DNA of 64,000 nt from an uncultured Methylomirabilota bacterium (GCA_963845565.1 CAWJSJ010000005.1:32001-96000); one strand, 5' to 3'. Shown: positions 30,378-40,179, counted from the first letter of the stretch. Program-made: numbers and translations. The notes: generated by a model from the sequence alone, not told the origin.

Positions 30378-30458
30378 AACCACAGATTTCATGGATGACA
30401 CAGGTTATGCTTGGGATTCCCGTCCCGTGAAATCCGCGTAATCTGTGTAATCTGTGGT
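30378..30458. repeat. Inverted 9-mer repeat cassette
   Basis: AACCACAGATTTCATGGATGACACAGGTT...AATCCGCGTAATCTGTGTAATCTGTGGT. Confidence 0.7.
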
Positions 30459-30474
30459 CCCATCGGGGGTGAGG

Positions 30475-30756
30475 GTGGAACGGACGCGACGTCAGGAAAT
30501 CCGCGCGCTGTTACTCGAACGCGCCTGGTCCCTGGACGAGTTGGCGGCGAGGTATCTTGTCCCCAAGCGCGTCATCGTGAACGACATGGAGCACATCGCG
30601 CGATCCGTGGCGCCGCGGCAGCGGATCGAGATCCAGGCTCCGGTTTGCGGGGCGTGCGGCTTTCGGTTCAAGGACCGCAAGCGCTTCTCCGATCCGTCGC
30701 GCTGTCCGCGGTGCAAGAACGAACACCTGAGTGCTCAGCGTCTTCGCATTGCGTGA
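30475..30756 (+). CDS. HTH plus Zn-ribbon predicted transcriptional regulator (COG3357-like)
   Basis: TRRQEI..LL, DMEHIARS, P.CGACGF.F, PSRCPRCK.E. Confidence 0.75.
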   Translation: MERTRRQEIRALLLERAWSLDELAARYLVPKRVIVNDMEHIARSVAPRQRIEIQAPVCGACGFRFKDRKRFSDPSRCPRCKNEHLSAQRLRIA

Positions 30757-30775
30757 GGAGGTCCGAAGGGGGTTA

Positions 30776-30875
30776 GGAGCCGTTACGAAATAACTTGTCC
30801 ATTTTTGTAATCTCGTTACGGCTCCTTATGCCGTTCCCGAGATTTCTCCGGTCAAGTTATTCTTTGACAACGGCT
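30776..30875. mobile_element. MITE-like repeat family B, full-length copy
   Basis: TA|GGAGCCGTTACGAAATAACTTGTCC...TTGACAACGGCT|TA. Confidence 0.8.
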
Positions 30876-30905
30876 TACCGCCTGGCCCGGTTGCGGGGGA
30901 CGCTC

Positions 30906-31097
30906 ATGCGGATCTGGATCAGTCTGGCCTACCTCAGTCTGGGGACGTCACTCATCAGCCTGGCGATTGCCAACGCCTCGTGGCTGCTCAACGCGCCCGC
31001 CGCCGGCTTGAGCCCGCGGGCCTACGCGGGCGGCGCGGTCATCGCACTTCTCTACGCGATCACGTTTCTTCTTTTCGATCTGGCTCAACGACGCTGA
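30906..31097 (+). CDS. Small two-TM hypothetical protein
   Basis: Hydrophobic 63-aa ORF with GGGGA RBS. Confidence 0.5.
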   Translation: MRIWISLAYLSLGTSLISLAIANASWLLNAPAAGLSPRAYAGGAVIALLYAITFLLFDLAQRR

Positions 31098-31112
31098 TCG
31101 GAGGGCATCAGA

Positions 31113-31301
31113 TCAGTTCCGCATAGCCCGGACCTGCGTCTCGAACTTCGGATCACGCTCCAGGCGGAACTCCCCGCCGCACTTGCTGCAGTGCCCATGC
31201 CAGGAGGCATCCTGTTGCCGCTCCAGGACGACGACTCCGCAGACTTCCTTTCGAGGAATCCGATGCAACGTGATGGCTATCTGTTGGCTATCCGTGGCCA
31301 T
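31113..31301 (-). CDS. Small cysteine-containing hypothetical protein (possible Zn ribbon)
   Basis: H...CG...HCSKCG; AAGGGA RBS. Confidence 0.55.
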   Translation of the reverse strand: MATDSQQIAITLHRIPRKEVCGVVVLERQQDASWHGHCSKCGGEFRLERDPKFETQVRAMRN

Positions 31302-31314
31302 GCGTGTTCCCTTG

Positions 31315-31414
31315 GGAGCCGTTACGAAATAACTTGTCCATTTTTATAATTTCGTTACGGCTCCTTATGCCGTTCGCCGAAATTCTCCGTTCCCGTTATT
31401 CGTTGACAACGGCT
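31315..31414. mobile_element. MITE-like repeat family B, full-length copy
   Basis: TG|GGAGCCGTTACGAAATAACTTGTCC...TTGACAACGGCT|TG; direct repeat of 30776-30875. Confidence 0.8.
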
Positions 31415-31497
31415 TGCCGCGATGTTTTGGCGCCGAGCAACTCCAGAATGCCACTAAAGGGGCATCCAGGTCAAGGGGAACGGAGGCGGGGAGCTAA

Positions 31498-31666
31498 CAG
31501 GCTGCTGAAAAAGGCCCATCTGCGGCGTTGGAGCGCCTCGCCACTCGCTGCGACGTACCTCCAGTACGCCTGGACCCAGCTCCGCTGGGTTCCCCGGCTG
31601 CAGCGCTCCGCCTTGCGTCTGGGCCTTTTTGAGCAGCCTGGGCAAAACGGGTTTTTCAGCATCCTG
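31498..31666. mobile_element. MITE-like repeat family A, copy 3
   Basis: CAGGCTGCTGAAAAAGGCCCATCTGC...TTTTTGAGCAGCCTG...TTTTTCAGCATCCTG. Confidence 0.8.
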
Positions 31667-31840
31667 TCACGAGAACCGAAAACCGAAAACCGAGAGCCTG
31701 AACCCGAGAGTCGGGGGTGGCGCGCCGGCACTTGATGAATACCCGCGGACGCTCCACGCGTATGGTCACCCGCTTGACGCTTCGCGGACTGGCCTCGTAT
31801 GCTGCGCCCGCGGGCGACGGACAGACGATCGGGAGGACGG

Positions 31841-32584
31841 ATGAAGCGCTACCAGGCTGTGCTCATGGATATGTTCGATACGCTGGTCAACTTCCACTGG
31901 GATCGTCTGCCGCTGATCCGGTTAGACGGACAGGATGTGCGGACGACCAGCCCGCTGCTTTATGAAAGCCTCAGGCCCGGTTTTCCAGATGTGTCCTGCG
32001 AGGACTTCTGTCGTGCCTTCGTGGGCGCGTCCCGGACGGTGCAGGAGCTTCGCAACCGGCATCATCGAGAGATCACGGCGCGTGAGCGCTTCCAGCGCTT
32101 TTTCGACGCGTTGGGTATTCCGACCGGGCCGGACGCCGACCGTCTCCTGGAGGCGGGAATCGCGGAGCACATGCGACTGCTCGCCCGCGCCATGGAGTTT
32201 CCCGACGCGCATCGGGCCGTTCTGGAACGACTGCATCCCCGCTTTCGGCTGGCCGTGGTCTCCAATTTCGACTACGCCCCCACGGTCAACGCCACCCTGC
32301 GGGCCGAGGGTATCCTGGATCGCTTCGAGACGGTGGTAGTCTCGGCGGACGTGGGGTGGTGCAAGCCCCGGCCGGAGATCTTTGCCGAGACGCTGCGGCG
32401 GATGGGCCTCGCCCCCGCGGATGCCATCTTCGTCGGGGACACGCCGGAGGCGGACGTGGTCGGCGCGCAGGGGATGGGCCTGGACGTTGTCTGGATCGAT
32501 CGTGGGACCGTGCCACTCCCGCCCGAGACTCCTGCACCGACGCACACGGTGTCGAGTTTTGCAGGGGTCGCCGATCTGCTTTAG
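31841..32584 (+). CDS. HAD family hydrolase
   Basis: DMFDTL, VVSN, KP.PEIF, FVGD...DVVGA; GGGAGG RBS. Confidence 0.9.
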   Translation: MKRYQAVLMDMFDTLVNFHWDRLPLIRLDGQDVRTTSPLLYESLRPGFPDVSCEDFCRAFVGASRTVQELRNRHHREITARERFQRFFDALGIPTGPDADRLLEAGIAEHMRLLARAMEFPDAHRAVLERLHPRFRLAVVSNFDYAPTVNATLRAEGILDRFETVVVSADVGWCKPRPEIFAETLRRMGLAPADAIFVGDTPEADVVGAQGMGLDVVWIDRGTVPLPPETPAPTHTVSSFAGVADLL

Positions 32585-32674
32585 CCGGACCCGCCCGCCG
32601 CTTGCATTTTGGAGCGGGATGTAGTACCCGTATCCCGGGGTCAGACAAACCCGTAACCGATAAGGAGGCGAACC

Positions 32675-33691
32675 ATGGCACGGACAGGAAGGTGGCTGGC
32701 AGGGGTGGGTTTCGTCGCGTGCGTGCTGGCCGGGGTCCTGGGGACGGCCTGGGCGCAGGGCAAGCCGGAAAACACCGTGGTGGTTTACTCGGCGGCCGAC
32801 TCCGACATGGTGAACGCGGTGGCGGCGGCCTTCGAGAAGAAGTATCCCGGCATCAAGGTCTCCACCGTGGTGGCCGGGACGGGGGAGATCATCAAGCGCA
32901 TGGAGGCGGAGCAGGCGCGACCACTGGGCGACGTGGGCTGGAGCTTCGGACCGGAGGCGATCGGCGACAAGAAGGGGCTGTTCGAGCCATACCTTTCCGC
33001 AGAGGCGTCCAGCTTCTTCCCCGGTCAGGTGCCGGCGGACCGGGTCTGGTCGCCCTTCACCACCATGCCGTACGTGATCATGTACAACAAGAAGCTGGTG
33101 AGCGAGGCGGAGAAGCCGAAGGCCTGGAAGGACGTCCTGGACCCGAAGTGGAAGGGGAAGGTGGCCTACGCCGATGCCTCGAAGTCTGGGTCGTCCTACA
33201 CCTTGCTTGTCACCTGGCTGACCCTCTATGGGAAGAACGAGACCGGTTGGAAATTTGTCGAGGATCTGCTCCGCCAGTGCAAAGTCCTGCCCAAGTCCAG
33301 CATGACCTACCAGGGCGTCGCGAACGGCGAGTATCCCATCGGGCTGACCTTCGAGCAGGCGGCCTTCGAATACCTGAAGGGCGGGGCGCCCATCGGCCTG
33401 ATCTACCCCTCGGAGGGGACGGCCATCACGCTGGACGGCAGTGCCGTCATCAAGAACGCGCCGCACCCGAACGCGGCCAAGCTGTTCCTGGATTGGACCG
33501 TGTCGAAAGAGATGCAGCAGCTCATGGTGGAGCGGTTCGGCCGCCGCTCGGTGCGGAAGGACGTCGGCTCGCCCGCCGGTCTGCCGGTCCTGGACCAGAT
33601 CAAAGCCATCCAGTACGACCTGGATTATGCGGCCAAGACGCGCACCGAACTCCTCAAGCGGTTCCAGGATGCGTTGATCAAGACCCAGTGA
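32675..33691 (+). CDS. ABC transporter substrate-binding protein (AfuA/FbpA-like family)
   Basis: Signal peptide; VVVYSA, GTGE, P..W.D.LDPKWKG, YPSEG, APHPNAAKLFLD. Confidence 0.88.
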   Translation: MARTGRWLAGVGFVACVLAGVLGTAWAQGKPENTVVVYSAADSDMVNAVAAAFEKKYPGIKVSTVVAGTGEIIKRMEAEQARPLGDVGWSFGPEAIGDKKGLFEPYLSAEASSFFPGQVPADRVWSPFTTMPYVIMYNKKLVSEAEKPKAWKDVLDPKWKGKVAYADASKSGSSYTLLVTWLTLYGKNETGWKFVEDLLRQCKVLPKSSMTYQGVANGEYPIGLTFEQAAFEYLKGGAPIGLIYPSEGTAITLDGSAVIKNAPHPNAAKLFLDWTVSKEMQQLMVERFGRRSVRKDVGSPAGLPVLDQIKAIQYDLDYAAKTRTELLKRFQDALIKTQ

Positions 33692-33720
33692 ACGGGGCCG
33701 ATTCGGCGATGCGATCGTCG

Positions 33721-33758
33721 GGGAAGCGAGGCGAGTCTGCGGCCTCGCTTCCCTTTTT
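33721..33758 (+). terminator. Intrinsic terminator or stabilising hairpin after the binding-protein gene
   Basis: 12-bp perfect stem GGGAAGCGAGGC/GCCTCGCTTCCC followed by TTTTT. Confidence 0.75.
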
Positions 33759-33779
33759 GCGCGGGCAGGATGGGACACC

Positions 33780-34871
33780 ATGACACGCGTCCAAGTCCAG
33801 GGGGTCGTCAAGCGATTCGGGGAGATGCCGGCCATTGACGGCATCAGTCTGGAGGTCAGGCCGGGCGAACTGTTCACGCTGGTCGGTCCCAGCGGCTGTG
33901 GCAAGACCACGCTCCTTAGAATCATCGCGGGTCTCCTGGAGCAGGATGCGGGCAGTGTCCTCTTCAATGAAGACCGGATGGACGAGGTTCCCCCCTACCT
34001 TCGCAACATCGGCGTCGTCTTCCAGAGCTACGCCATCTTCCCCCATCTCACGGTGGGCGAAAACATCGCCTATGGCTTGAAGGCGCGCCGCGTTTCACCC
34101 GATCGGATTACCGCCAAGGTGGCGGAGGCGGGCCACCTGGTGCAACTTGAAGGCCTCCTGGACCGGATGCCCAGTCAGCTTTCCGGCGGGCAGCAGCAGC
34201 GGGTGGTCCTGGCCCGGGCGCTGGTGATCGAGCCGCGGCTGCTCCTGATGGACGAGCCGCTGTCGAACCTGGACGCGAAGCTGCGCGTCCAGATCCGCTC
34301 GCTGATCCGGGCCGTGCAACGTGAGCTCCAGATCACCACCATCTATGTGACCCACGACCAGGAGGAGGCTCTGGCCATCTCGGATACCATCGCGGTGATG
34401 GATCGGGGCCGGGTGCTCCAGGTGGGGAAGCCTTGGGAGCTGTACCTCAAGCCGGCCAACCGTTTCGTGGCGGACTTCATCGGCACCATGAACGTCTTCC
34501 GCGGTCGCGTGGAGGACGGTGGCGCGGGCGAACTGCGGGCGTTGGTGACGGGTTTCGGCGAACGCTGGCAGGTGCCCGCCGCAGGCGCGCCAGGGGCCTC
34601 GATCTCGGTCGGGGTGCGGCCCGAGTCGCTCGCACTGGAGCCGGGCGCAAACGCTGGTGAGGCGTGGAACTCGCTCACGGGAACGGTCACAGAAGCGGCC
34701 TACCTGGGGGCGGTCGTCCGGTACGAGGTGCGGGTGGCGGACGGCCTCACCGTCACCGCCGACATCCACAATCCGGACTTCGCCGCCATCCGGATGGTGG
34801 GGGACCGCGTGACGCTGTGGTTTGCCGCCAATCGGGCCGTTCTCCTGCCCGACCACGCGGGCGAGGCATAG
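33780..34871 (+). CDS. ABC transporter ATP-binding protein (PotA/FbpC-like)
   Basis: GPSGCGKT, LSGGQQQR, DEPLSNLD, VTHDQEEA, TOBE domain. Confidence 0.92.
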   Translation: MTRVQVQGVVKRFGEMPAIDGISLEVRPGELFTLVGPSGCGKTTLLRIIAGLLEQDAGSVLFNEDRMDEVPPYLRNIGVVFQSYAIFPHLTVGENIAYGLKARRVSPDRITAKVAEAGHLVQLEGLLDRMPSQLSGGQQQRVVLARALVIEPRLLLMDEPLSNLDAKLRVQIRSLIRAVQRELQITTIYVTHDQEEALAISDTIAVMDRGRVLQVGKPWELYLKPANRFVADFIGTMNVFRGRVEDGGAGELRALVTGFGERWQVPAAGAPGASISVGVRPESLALEPGANAGEAWNSLTGTVTEAAYLGAVVRYEVRVADGLTVTADIHNPDFAAIRMVGDRVTLWFAANRAVLLPDHAGEA

Positions 34872-34872
34872 G

Positions 34873-36522
34873 ATGCGCGGCCGACGCCGAGACCTCTGGT
34901 GGACCGTGACGGTCGCGGCCTTCCTCACGGTCCTGGCGTTCCTCGTCTATCCACTGGTCACCGTTCTTGTCACCAGCTTCAGCGGCGACGACAAGCGCTT
35001 CGTCCTGGCCGCCAACTATGAGCGCTTTTTCACTCACCGGTACTACTATTCCAGCATCATTAACAGTCTGTATTTGAGCACCCTCGCCACGCTGGGGGCG
35101 CTTCTTCTCGGTACGACCCTGGCCTTTGCCGTGGCCCGGTATCCGTTGCCCGGCAGGCCGTTCCTGCGCGCCGCAGCCAATCTGGCTCTCCTGTCGCCCC
35201 CCTTCATCGGGGCCTATTCCTGGGTGGTGTTGTTCGGTCGCATGGGGCTCGTGAACCGGATACTGGGGGAGTTCGGCTGGAGCCTGCCCACCATTTACGG
35301 CTGGCGCGGGATCCTGCTGGTCTTCATCGTGCAATACTTTCCCTTCGTCTTCCTCCTGGTGTCGGCGGCCCTCCGATCCGTGGATCAGTCCATCGAGGAC
35401 GCGGCCCTGAGCCTGGGCTCCCCGCCCCGGCGGACGATCCGCACGGCCATCTTGCCCATCTTGGCTCCGTCGCTCACGGCCGGCGGCCTGCTGGTGTTCA
35501 TGGGGACCATGGCCGATTTCGGCACGCCCATGATCATCGGTGAGGGATTGCGCACGCTGCCCACGCTGATGTACGGGGAGTTCATGAACGAGTTGGGCGG
35601 CAACCCGGCCATGGCGAGTACGCTGGGGAGCCTGCTCATCCTGGTGAACACCGTCGCGCTGATGGCGCAGCGGTACTACGCCTTCCGCAAGGCCTACAAC
35701 GTGGTCTGCATCCAGCCGCTGCAGGTGAAGCGCACCAGCCGCCGGCAGCTCCTCCTGCTGACCGTATTCGCCTACGCGGTGGTGATCGTGGCCCTCATCC
35801 CGGCCCTCACCATCATCATCTCCTCGTTCATGCCGACCAAGGGCCCGGTGATGTACGCGGGCTTCAGTCTGCAGAGCTACCAGACCATCTTCTTCCGGGT
35901 CCCGCGCGCCATCGCCAACACGTTCGGTCTCACGGCGCTGGCCGTGGTCCTGGACGTGTTCCTGGGCGTGCTCGTGGCCTACCTCTTGGCGCGGCGGCGA
36001 TCGCGGGCCCACGCGATTCTGGACAGCCTGATCATGCTGGCCTACGCGATCCCGGGTACGGTGGTCGGGGTAGGGCTGATCGTGGTCTACAACCGGCCGC
36101 CGGTCGTCCTGACGGGCACCTGGGTCATCCTCCTGGTGTCCTATTTCATCCGGCATCTCCCGTACCCGGTTCGCTCCTGCACGGCCATGCTCCAGCAGAT
36201 CGACATCCGAGTGGAGGAGGCCTCGGTCAGTCTGGGTGTGCCGCCGTTCCGCACGTTCGTCAAGGTGACCATTCCCCTGATGTTTCCCGCCATCATCTCG
36301 GGGGCGGCGCTGGCGTGGATGACCACCATCGGCGAGCTCAGCTCCAGCATCCTGCTCTACTCGGGTCCCTGGGCCACCATGTCTGTCGCCATCTTCACAG
36401 AGGTCTTCAGCAACCATTTCGGGACCGCCTCGGCCCTGGCCTCGATCCTGATCGTGGCGGCCTTCGTGCCGCTGTTCCTGACTTATCGAGTGCTGGGGGA
36501 GCGCGGAGCGCTCGGGGTGTGA
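34873..36522 (+). CDS. ABC transporter permease (FbpB-like, duplicated domain)
   Basis: Two EAA loops (IEDAALSLG, VEEASVSLG), DFGTP, many TM segments. Confidence 0.9.
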   Translation: MRGRRRDLWWTVTVAAFLTVLAFLVYPLVTVLVTSFSGDDKRFVLAANYERFFTHRYYYSSIINSLYLSTLATLGALLLGTTLAFAVARYPLPGRPFLRAAANLALLSPPFIGAYSWVVLFGRMGLVNRILGEFGWSLPTIYGWRGILLVFIVQYFPFVFLLVSAALRSVDQSIEDAALSLGSPPRRTIRTAILPILAPSLTAGGLLVFMGTMADFGTPMIIGEGLRTLPTLMYGEFMNELGGNPAMASTLGSLLILVNTVALMAQRYYAFRKAYNVVCIQPLQVKRTSRRQLLLLTVFAYAVVIVALIPALTIIISSFMPTKGPVMYAGFSLQSYQTIFFRVPRAIANTFGLTALAVVLDVFLGVLVAYLLARRRSRAHAILDSLIMLAYAIPGTVVGVGLIVVYNRPPVVLTGTWVILLVSYFIRHLPYPVRSCTAMLQQIDIRVEEASVSLGVPPFRTFVKVTIPLMFPAIISGAALAWMTTIGELSSSILLYSGPWATMSVAIFTEVFSNHFGTASALASILIVAAFVPLFLTYRVLGERGALGV

Positions 36523-36532
36523 GGAGCGGATC

Positions 36533-37448
36533 ATGCCGGACGGATTCCGCCGGACCTTACTCCGGCTCCTGGGGCGAATGCCCGCGCGGTGCGCCCTCCG
36601 CGCCGCGACGATAGAGCGTGTGGCGATTCCCGGGGGGGTCCGGGAGAAGGTCAGCTACACGGTGGAGCGCGGGGACCGGGTGCACGCCTACCTGTTCCTT
36701 CCCGAAGCGCCCGGCCCCCATCCCGCCGTCCTCTGCGTCCACCAGCACAACCGCGAATTCCATCTGGGGAAGAGCGAACCGGCGGGCCTGGCCGGGAATC
36801 CGGAGCAGGCGTACGCTCTGGAGCTGTCCCGGCGCGGCTACGTGACGTTGGCGCCGGATGCGATCGGGTTCGAGGAGCGCCAGCATCCGATCCTGCGGGG
36901 CCAGGACTACGAGCGGTTCGAGGCCACCAAGCGGCTGACCGAGGGGTCGTCTCTCCAGGCGAAGATGCTCTGGGACCTGAGGCGTGGCCTGGATTATCTC
37001 ACCGCCCGGAGAGAGGTGGACCCAAACCGGGTCGGCTGTCTCGGGCATTCGCTGGGGGGACAGGAGACGCTCTTCCTCTCCGCCGTGGACCGACGGGTTG
37101 CGGCGGCGGTGTCGAGCTGCGGGTTCAGCAGTTACCAGGCGATCTTCGACGCCGCGATCAATCACAACTTCGCCGCGTACGTGCCGGGGCTGCTGCGCCA
37201 TGGGGGCGTGGGGCGTGTCCTTGGCCTGGCGGCGCCGCGACCGTTTCTGGCGCTGGCGGGGCGCGACGATCCCATCTTTCCCCTGGCCGGCGTCCGGGCC
37301 ACCGTGCGCGCCGCGCGGGGACCGTACGCGGGGGCGAAGGATGGCGTGCGGCTCCGAGTTTTCCCGGGGGGCCACGGCTTCTCGGCCGCCATGCGGGGGG
37401 CCGCCTACGCCTGGTTCGACCGCTGGCTTTGTGCGTGGAGGATCGTGA
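36533..37448 (+). CDS. Alpha/beta hydrolase (dienelactone hydrolase/esterase-like); fused in frame to the next gene in this assembly
   Basis: GHSLGG nucleophile, DPIFP, GGHGF. The probable true stop is TGA at 37446-37448, reached if one T near 37428 is removed. Confidence 0.75.
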
Positions 37449-38068
37449 TGGAACAGGACTCGGCAATTCGGCTGATCATCAGCGACTTTGGGGGCGTCAT
37501 CTGCACCTATGACTACCGGATCTTTTGCGGGCGACTGGCTGAGCGGATCGGCAAGAGTGCCGACGAGATCTACGCGGCGGTGTACGGCAGCGACCTACAG
37601 ATCGAGTTCGAGCGAGGGGGGTTGTCCGGACCGGAATACCACCGGAAGGTGATGGGGCTCTTCGGGGTGGACATGCCGTATGCCGAATTTTTCCGGATGT
37701 ATGGGGACATCTTCACCGAAATACCGGCCACGTGCGACCTGCTGCGCCGGCTGCGTACGCGGTACCCCCTCTACCTGCTCTCCGATACCAACGAGATCCA
37801 CTTCGGCTATGTCCGGCAGACAGTCGAGGTGCTCCAAATCTTCGAGGCCTTCATCGTGTCGTACGAAGTCCGCGCCATGAAGCCGGACCCGCCGATTTTT
37901 TTGGAGGCCGTGCGTCGGTCGGGTATCCCGGCGGAGGCCTGCGTCTTCATCGACGATCGGCCCGGAAACGTCGAGGGAGCGAGGCGGGTGGGGATGCACG
38001 CCGTTCAGTTCCACTCTCCGGAGCAGTGCGCCGCCGACCTCGCCCGGCTGGGGGTGGTCATTCCGTGA
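37448..38068 (+). CDS. HAD family phosphatase (YihX-like)
   Basis: DFGGV, LSDTN..H, MKPDP.IF, FIDD; has its own GGAGGA RBS and ATG at 37448. Confidence 0.8.
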   Translation: MEQDSAIRLIISDFGGVICTYDYRIFCGRLAERIGKSADEIYAAVYGSDLQIEFERGGLSGPEYHRKVMGLFGVDMPYAEFFRMYGDIFTEIPATCDLLRRLRTRYPLYLLSDTNEIHFGYVRQTVEVLQIFEAFIVSYEVRAMKPDPPIFLEAVRRSGIPAEACVFIDDRPGNVEGARRVGMHAVQFHSPEQCAADLARLGVVIP

Positions 38069-38985
38069 ACGACGATGCGAAGATCTTCGACGGGCACATG
38101 CACCTCCTCACGGCGGAGACCCAGCGTGAGGAATTGGCGTGGCTTCCGGCCGGGTCGCCCCGCGTGGCGGCGGCGGCGCGGGCGCGACGCGAGCGGTACG
38201 AACGGGAGCAGTCCATCGCGTCTGCCGTGCCCACCGACGAGCCAGTGGAGAGCGCGTCCGCTCGCTGGGTGGCAGAGCTGGATCGGCACGGCGTGGCCGC
38301 CGCGGCCGTCCTGGCCCTGGCCCCCCGACCCGACGCATTGCGTCGTTTCGCGGCCTGCCGCCCCGACCGGTTTTTCGCCTTCACCTTCGTGAACCCCTGG
38401 GAGGCCGATGCGCCGGCGGTTCTGGAGGAGGACGTTCGACGGCGGGGCTTTCGCGGGTTGAAGCTTTATCCCTCCATCCAGCAGTTCCACGCCTACGACG
38501 AGCGGGCCTATCCGGTGTACGAGCGGGCCGAGGCCCTGGGCATCCCGATCGTGTTTCATTTCGGCATCACGCTGGACTACCGATCCGACCTGCGCTACTC
38601 GAATCCTCTCGACCTGCACCCGGTGGCCCGCGACTTTCCGGCGTTGCCCTTGATCGTGGCCCATGCCGGGGCGGGCTTCTTCCGCGAAACCCTCTTTCTC
38701 GCCTACCATTGCGCCAACGTCCATGCGGATACCTCCGGTTCGGGAACGTGGATGCGGTACCTGCCGCAACCGTTGACCCTGCCGGCAGTGCTGGAGCGGC
38801 TCCTGGACGTCTTCGGTCCCGACCGGATTCTCTTCGGCACGGATTCGCGCCACGCCGCGGAAGGCTACCGGCACTGGCTGTTGCGATCGCACCGGGAGGC
38901 ACTGGAGGCGCTCCAGGTGTCGGATGCAGGACGCCGGGCCATCCTGGGGGGGAACATGGCCCGGCTGCTTCGGATACCATGGTGA
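38065..38985 (+). CDS. Amidohydrolase family protein (Amidohydro_2)
   Basis: DGHMH, GLKLYP, FHFG, AHAG, DTS, LFGTD; GTGA overlap with the upstream gene. Confidence 0.88.
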   Translation: MNDDAKIFDGHMHLLTAETQREELAWLPAGSPRVAAAARARRERYEREQSIASAVPTDEPVESASARWVAELDRHGVAAAAVLALAPRPDALRRFAACRPDRFFAFTFVNPWEADAPAVLEEDVRRRGFRGLKLYPSIQQFHAYDERAYPVYERAEALGIPIVFHFGITLDYRSDLRYSNPLDLHPVARDFPALPLIVAHAGAGFFRETLFLAYHCANVHADTSGSGTWMRYLPQPLTLPAVLERLLDVFGPDRILFGTDSRHAAEGYRHWLLRSHREALEALQVSDAGRRAILGGNMARLLRIPW

Positions 38986-38989
38986 GTGC

Positions 38990-39937
38990 ATGAGCGGGCT
39001 GGACGTGGTCGCGGTCGGAGAGCTCAACCCGGACCTGATCCTGGACGGCATGGCCGGCCCGCCGCGGTTGGGCCGGGAGATCCTGGCGGAGCGCGCGACC
39101 TTCACCTTGGGCAGCTCGACCGCCCTCTGCGCCGCGAACCTGGCTGCCCTGGGCCTTTCGGTGGGAATTATAGGCAAGGTGGGGGCCGACCAGTTCGGCG
39201 AGTTCGTGGTCCAGGCGCTGTCCGGGCGAGGCATAGACGTCAGTCACGTGATCCGAGATGCCTCCGTGCGCACCGGGGTCACGGTGTCGCTGGCGTACCC
39301 GGAGGACCGCGCCATGGTGACCTACCCCGGCGCCATGGCGCACCTGTCGGCGGCGGAGCTGGACCTGGGTTACCTGACGTCGGCGAGACACGTGCACGTG
39401 TCGTCCCTCTTTCTCCAGCGGGCACTGCAGCCGGGATGCGCCGCGGTGATCCGGCAGCTACGGACGGACGGCCTGACCGTGTCGCTCGACCCCGGCTGGG
39501 ATCCCTTCGAGGCGTGGGACGCGGGGATCGAGGGCCTGTATGGCGACCTGAACATCTTGTTCGTGAATCGGGTCGAGGCGACGGCGTTGGGGAAGGATCC
39601 CGACTGGCGGCGGGCGGCCACCCGGCTCGCAGCGCGGGTGCCTCTGGTGGCCGTGAAGCGCGGCCCGGAGGGCGCGAGCGTCATCCGGGGTGGCGTGTGG
39701 CAGGACCATCCGGGGTTCTCGGTGAAGGCGGTGGACCCCACGGGTGCGGGCGACGCCTTCAATGCGGGGTTCCTGCTGGGGTACCTGAACGGGTGGACGG
39801 TGGAAGCGTGCGCCACCTGGGCGAACGCCTGCGGGGCGTTGACCGTGGGCCGGCCGGGCGGCAGCGGTGCCTTTGCCGGCCGGACCGAGGTGGAGGGGTT
39901 CATCCGGTCCCAGGCGGGGACTGGGGCAGGCTGCTGA
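38990..39937 (+). CDS. PfkB family carbohydrate kinase
   Basis: GELNPD, GKVGADQFG, N..EA, DPTGAGDAFNAG. The stop lies inside the MITE A4 terminus. Confidence 0.9.
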   Translation: MSGLDVVAVGELNPDLILDGMAGPPRLGREILAERATFTLGSSTALCAANLAALGLSVGIIGKVGADQFGEFVVQALSGRGIDVSHVIRDASVRTGVTVSLAYPEDRAMVTYPGAMAHLSAAELDLGYLTSARHVHVSSLFLQRALQPGCAAVIRQLRTDGLTVSLDPGWDPFEAWDAGIEGLYGDLNILFVNRVEATALGKDPDWRRAATRLAARVPLVAVKRGPEGASVIRGGVWQDHPGFSVKAVDPTGAGDAFNAGFLLGYLNGWTVEACATWANACGALTVGRPGGSGAFAGRTEVEGFIRSQAGTGAGC

Positions 39938-40097
39938 AAAAGGCCCATCTGCAGCGTTGGCCCGCCTCGCCACTCGCTGCGGCGTACTTCCAGTACGCCT
40001 GGACCCATCTGCGATGGGTACCCCGGCCTTAGGCGCGCCGCCTTGCATCTGGACCTTTTTGAGCAGCCTGAGTGAAAGCGTGTTTTTCAGCATCCTG
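39927..40097. mobile_element. MITE-like repeat family A, copy 4
   Basis: CAGGCTGCTGAAAAAGGCCCATCTGC...TTTTTGAGCAGCCTG...TTTTTCAGCATCCTG. Confidence 0.8.
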
Positions 40098-40179
40098 TTT
40101 AGGGGTGGGCGGTGGGTCCGAGGAGGTCGGCCCTCCTCTCCCCTCACCCCGATTCCCTTCCAAGAAAGGACGTTTCATC

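Noticed and set aside
31304..31735. ORFs at 31304..31735, 31454..31645 and 31471..31731, and the N-terminal extensions of ORFs starting at 1172, 30795 and 40072
   Set aside because: They are translations of MITE A/B repeat sequence.
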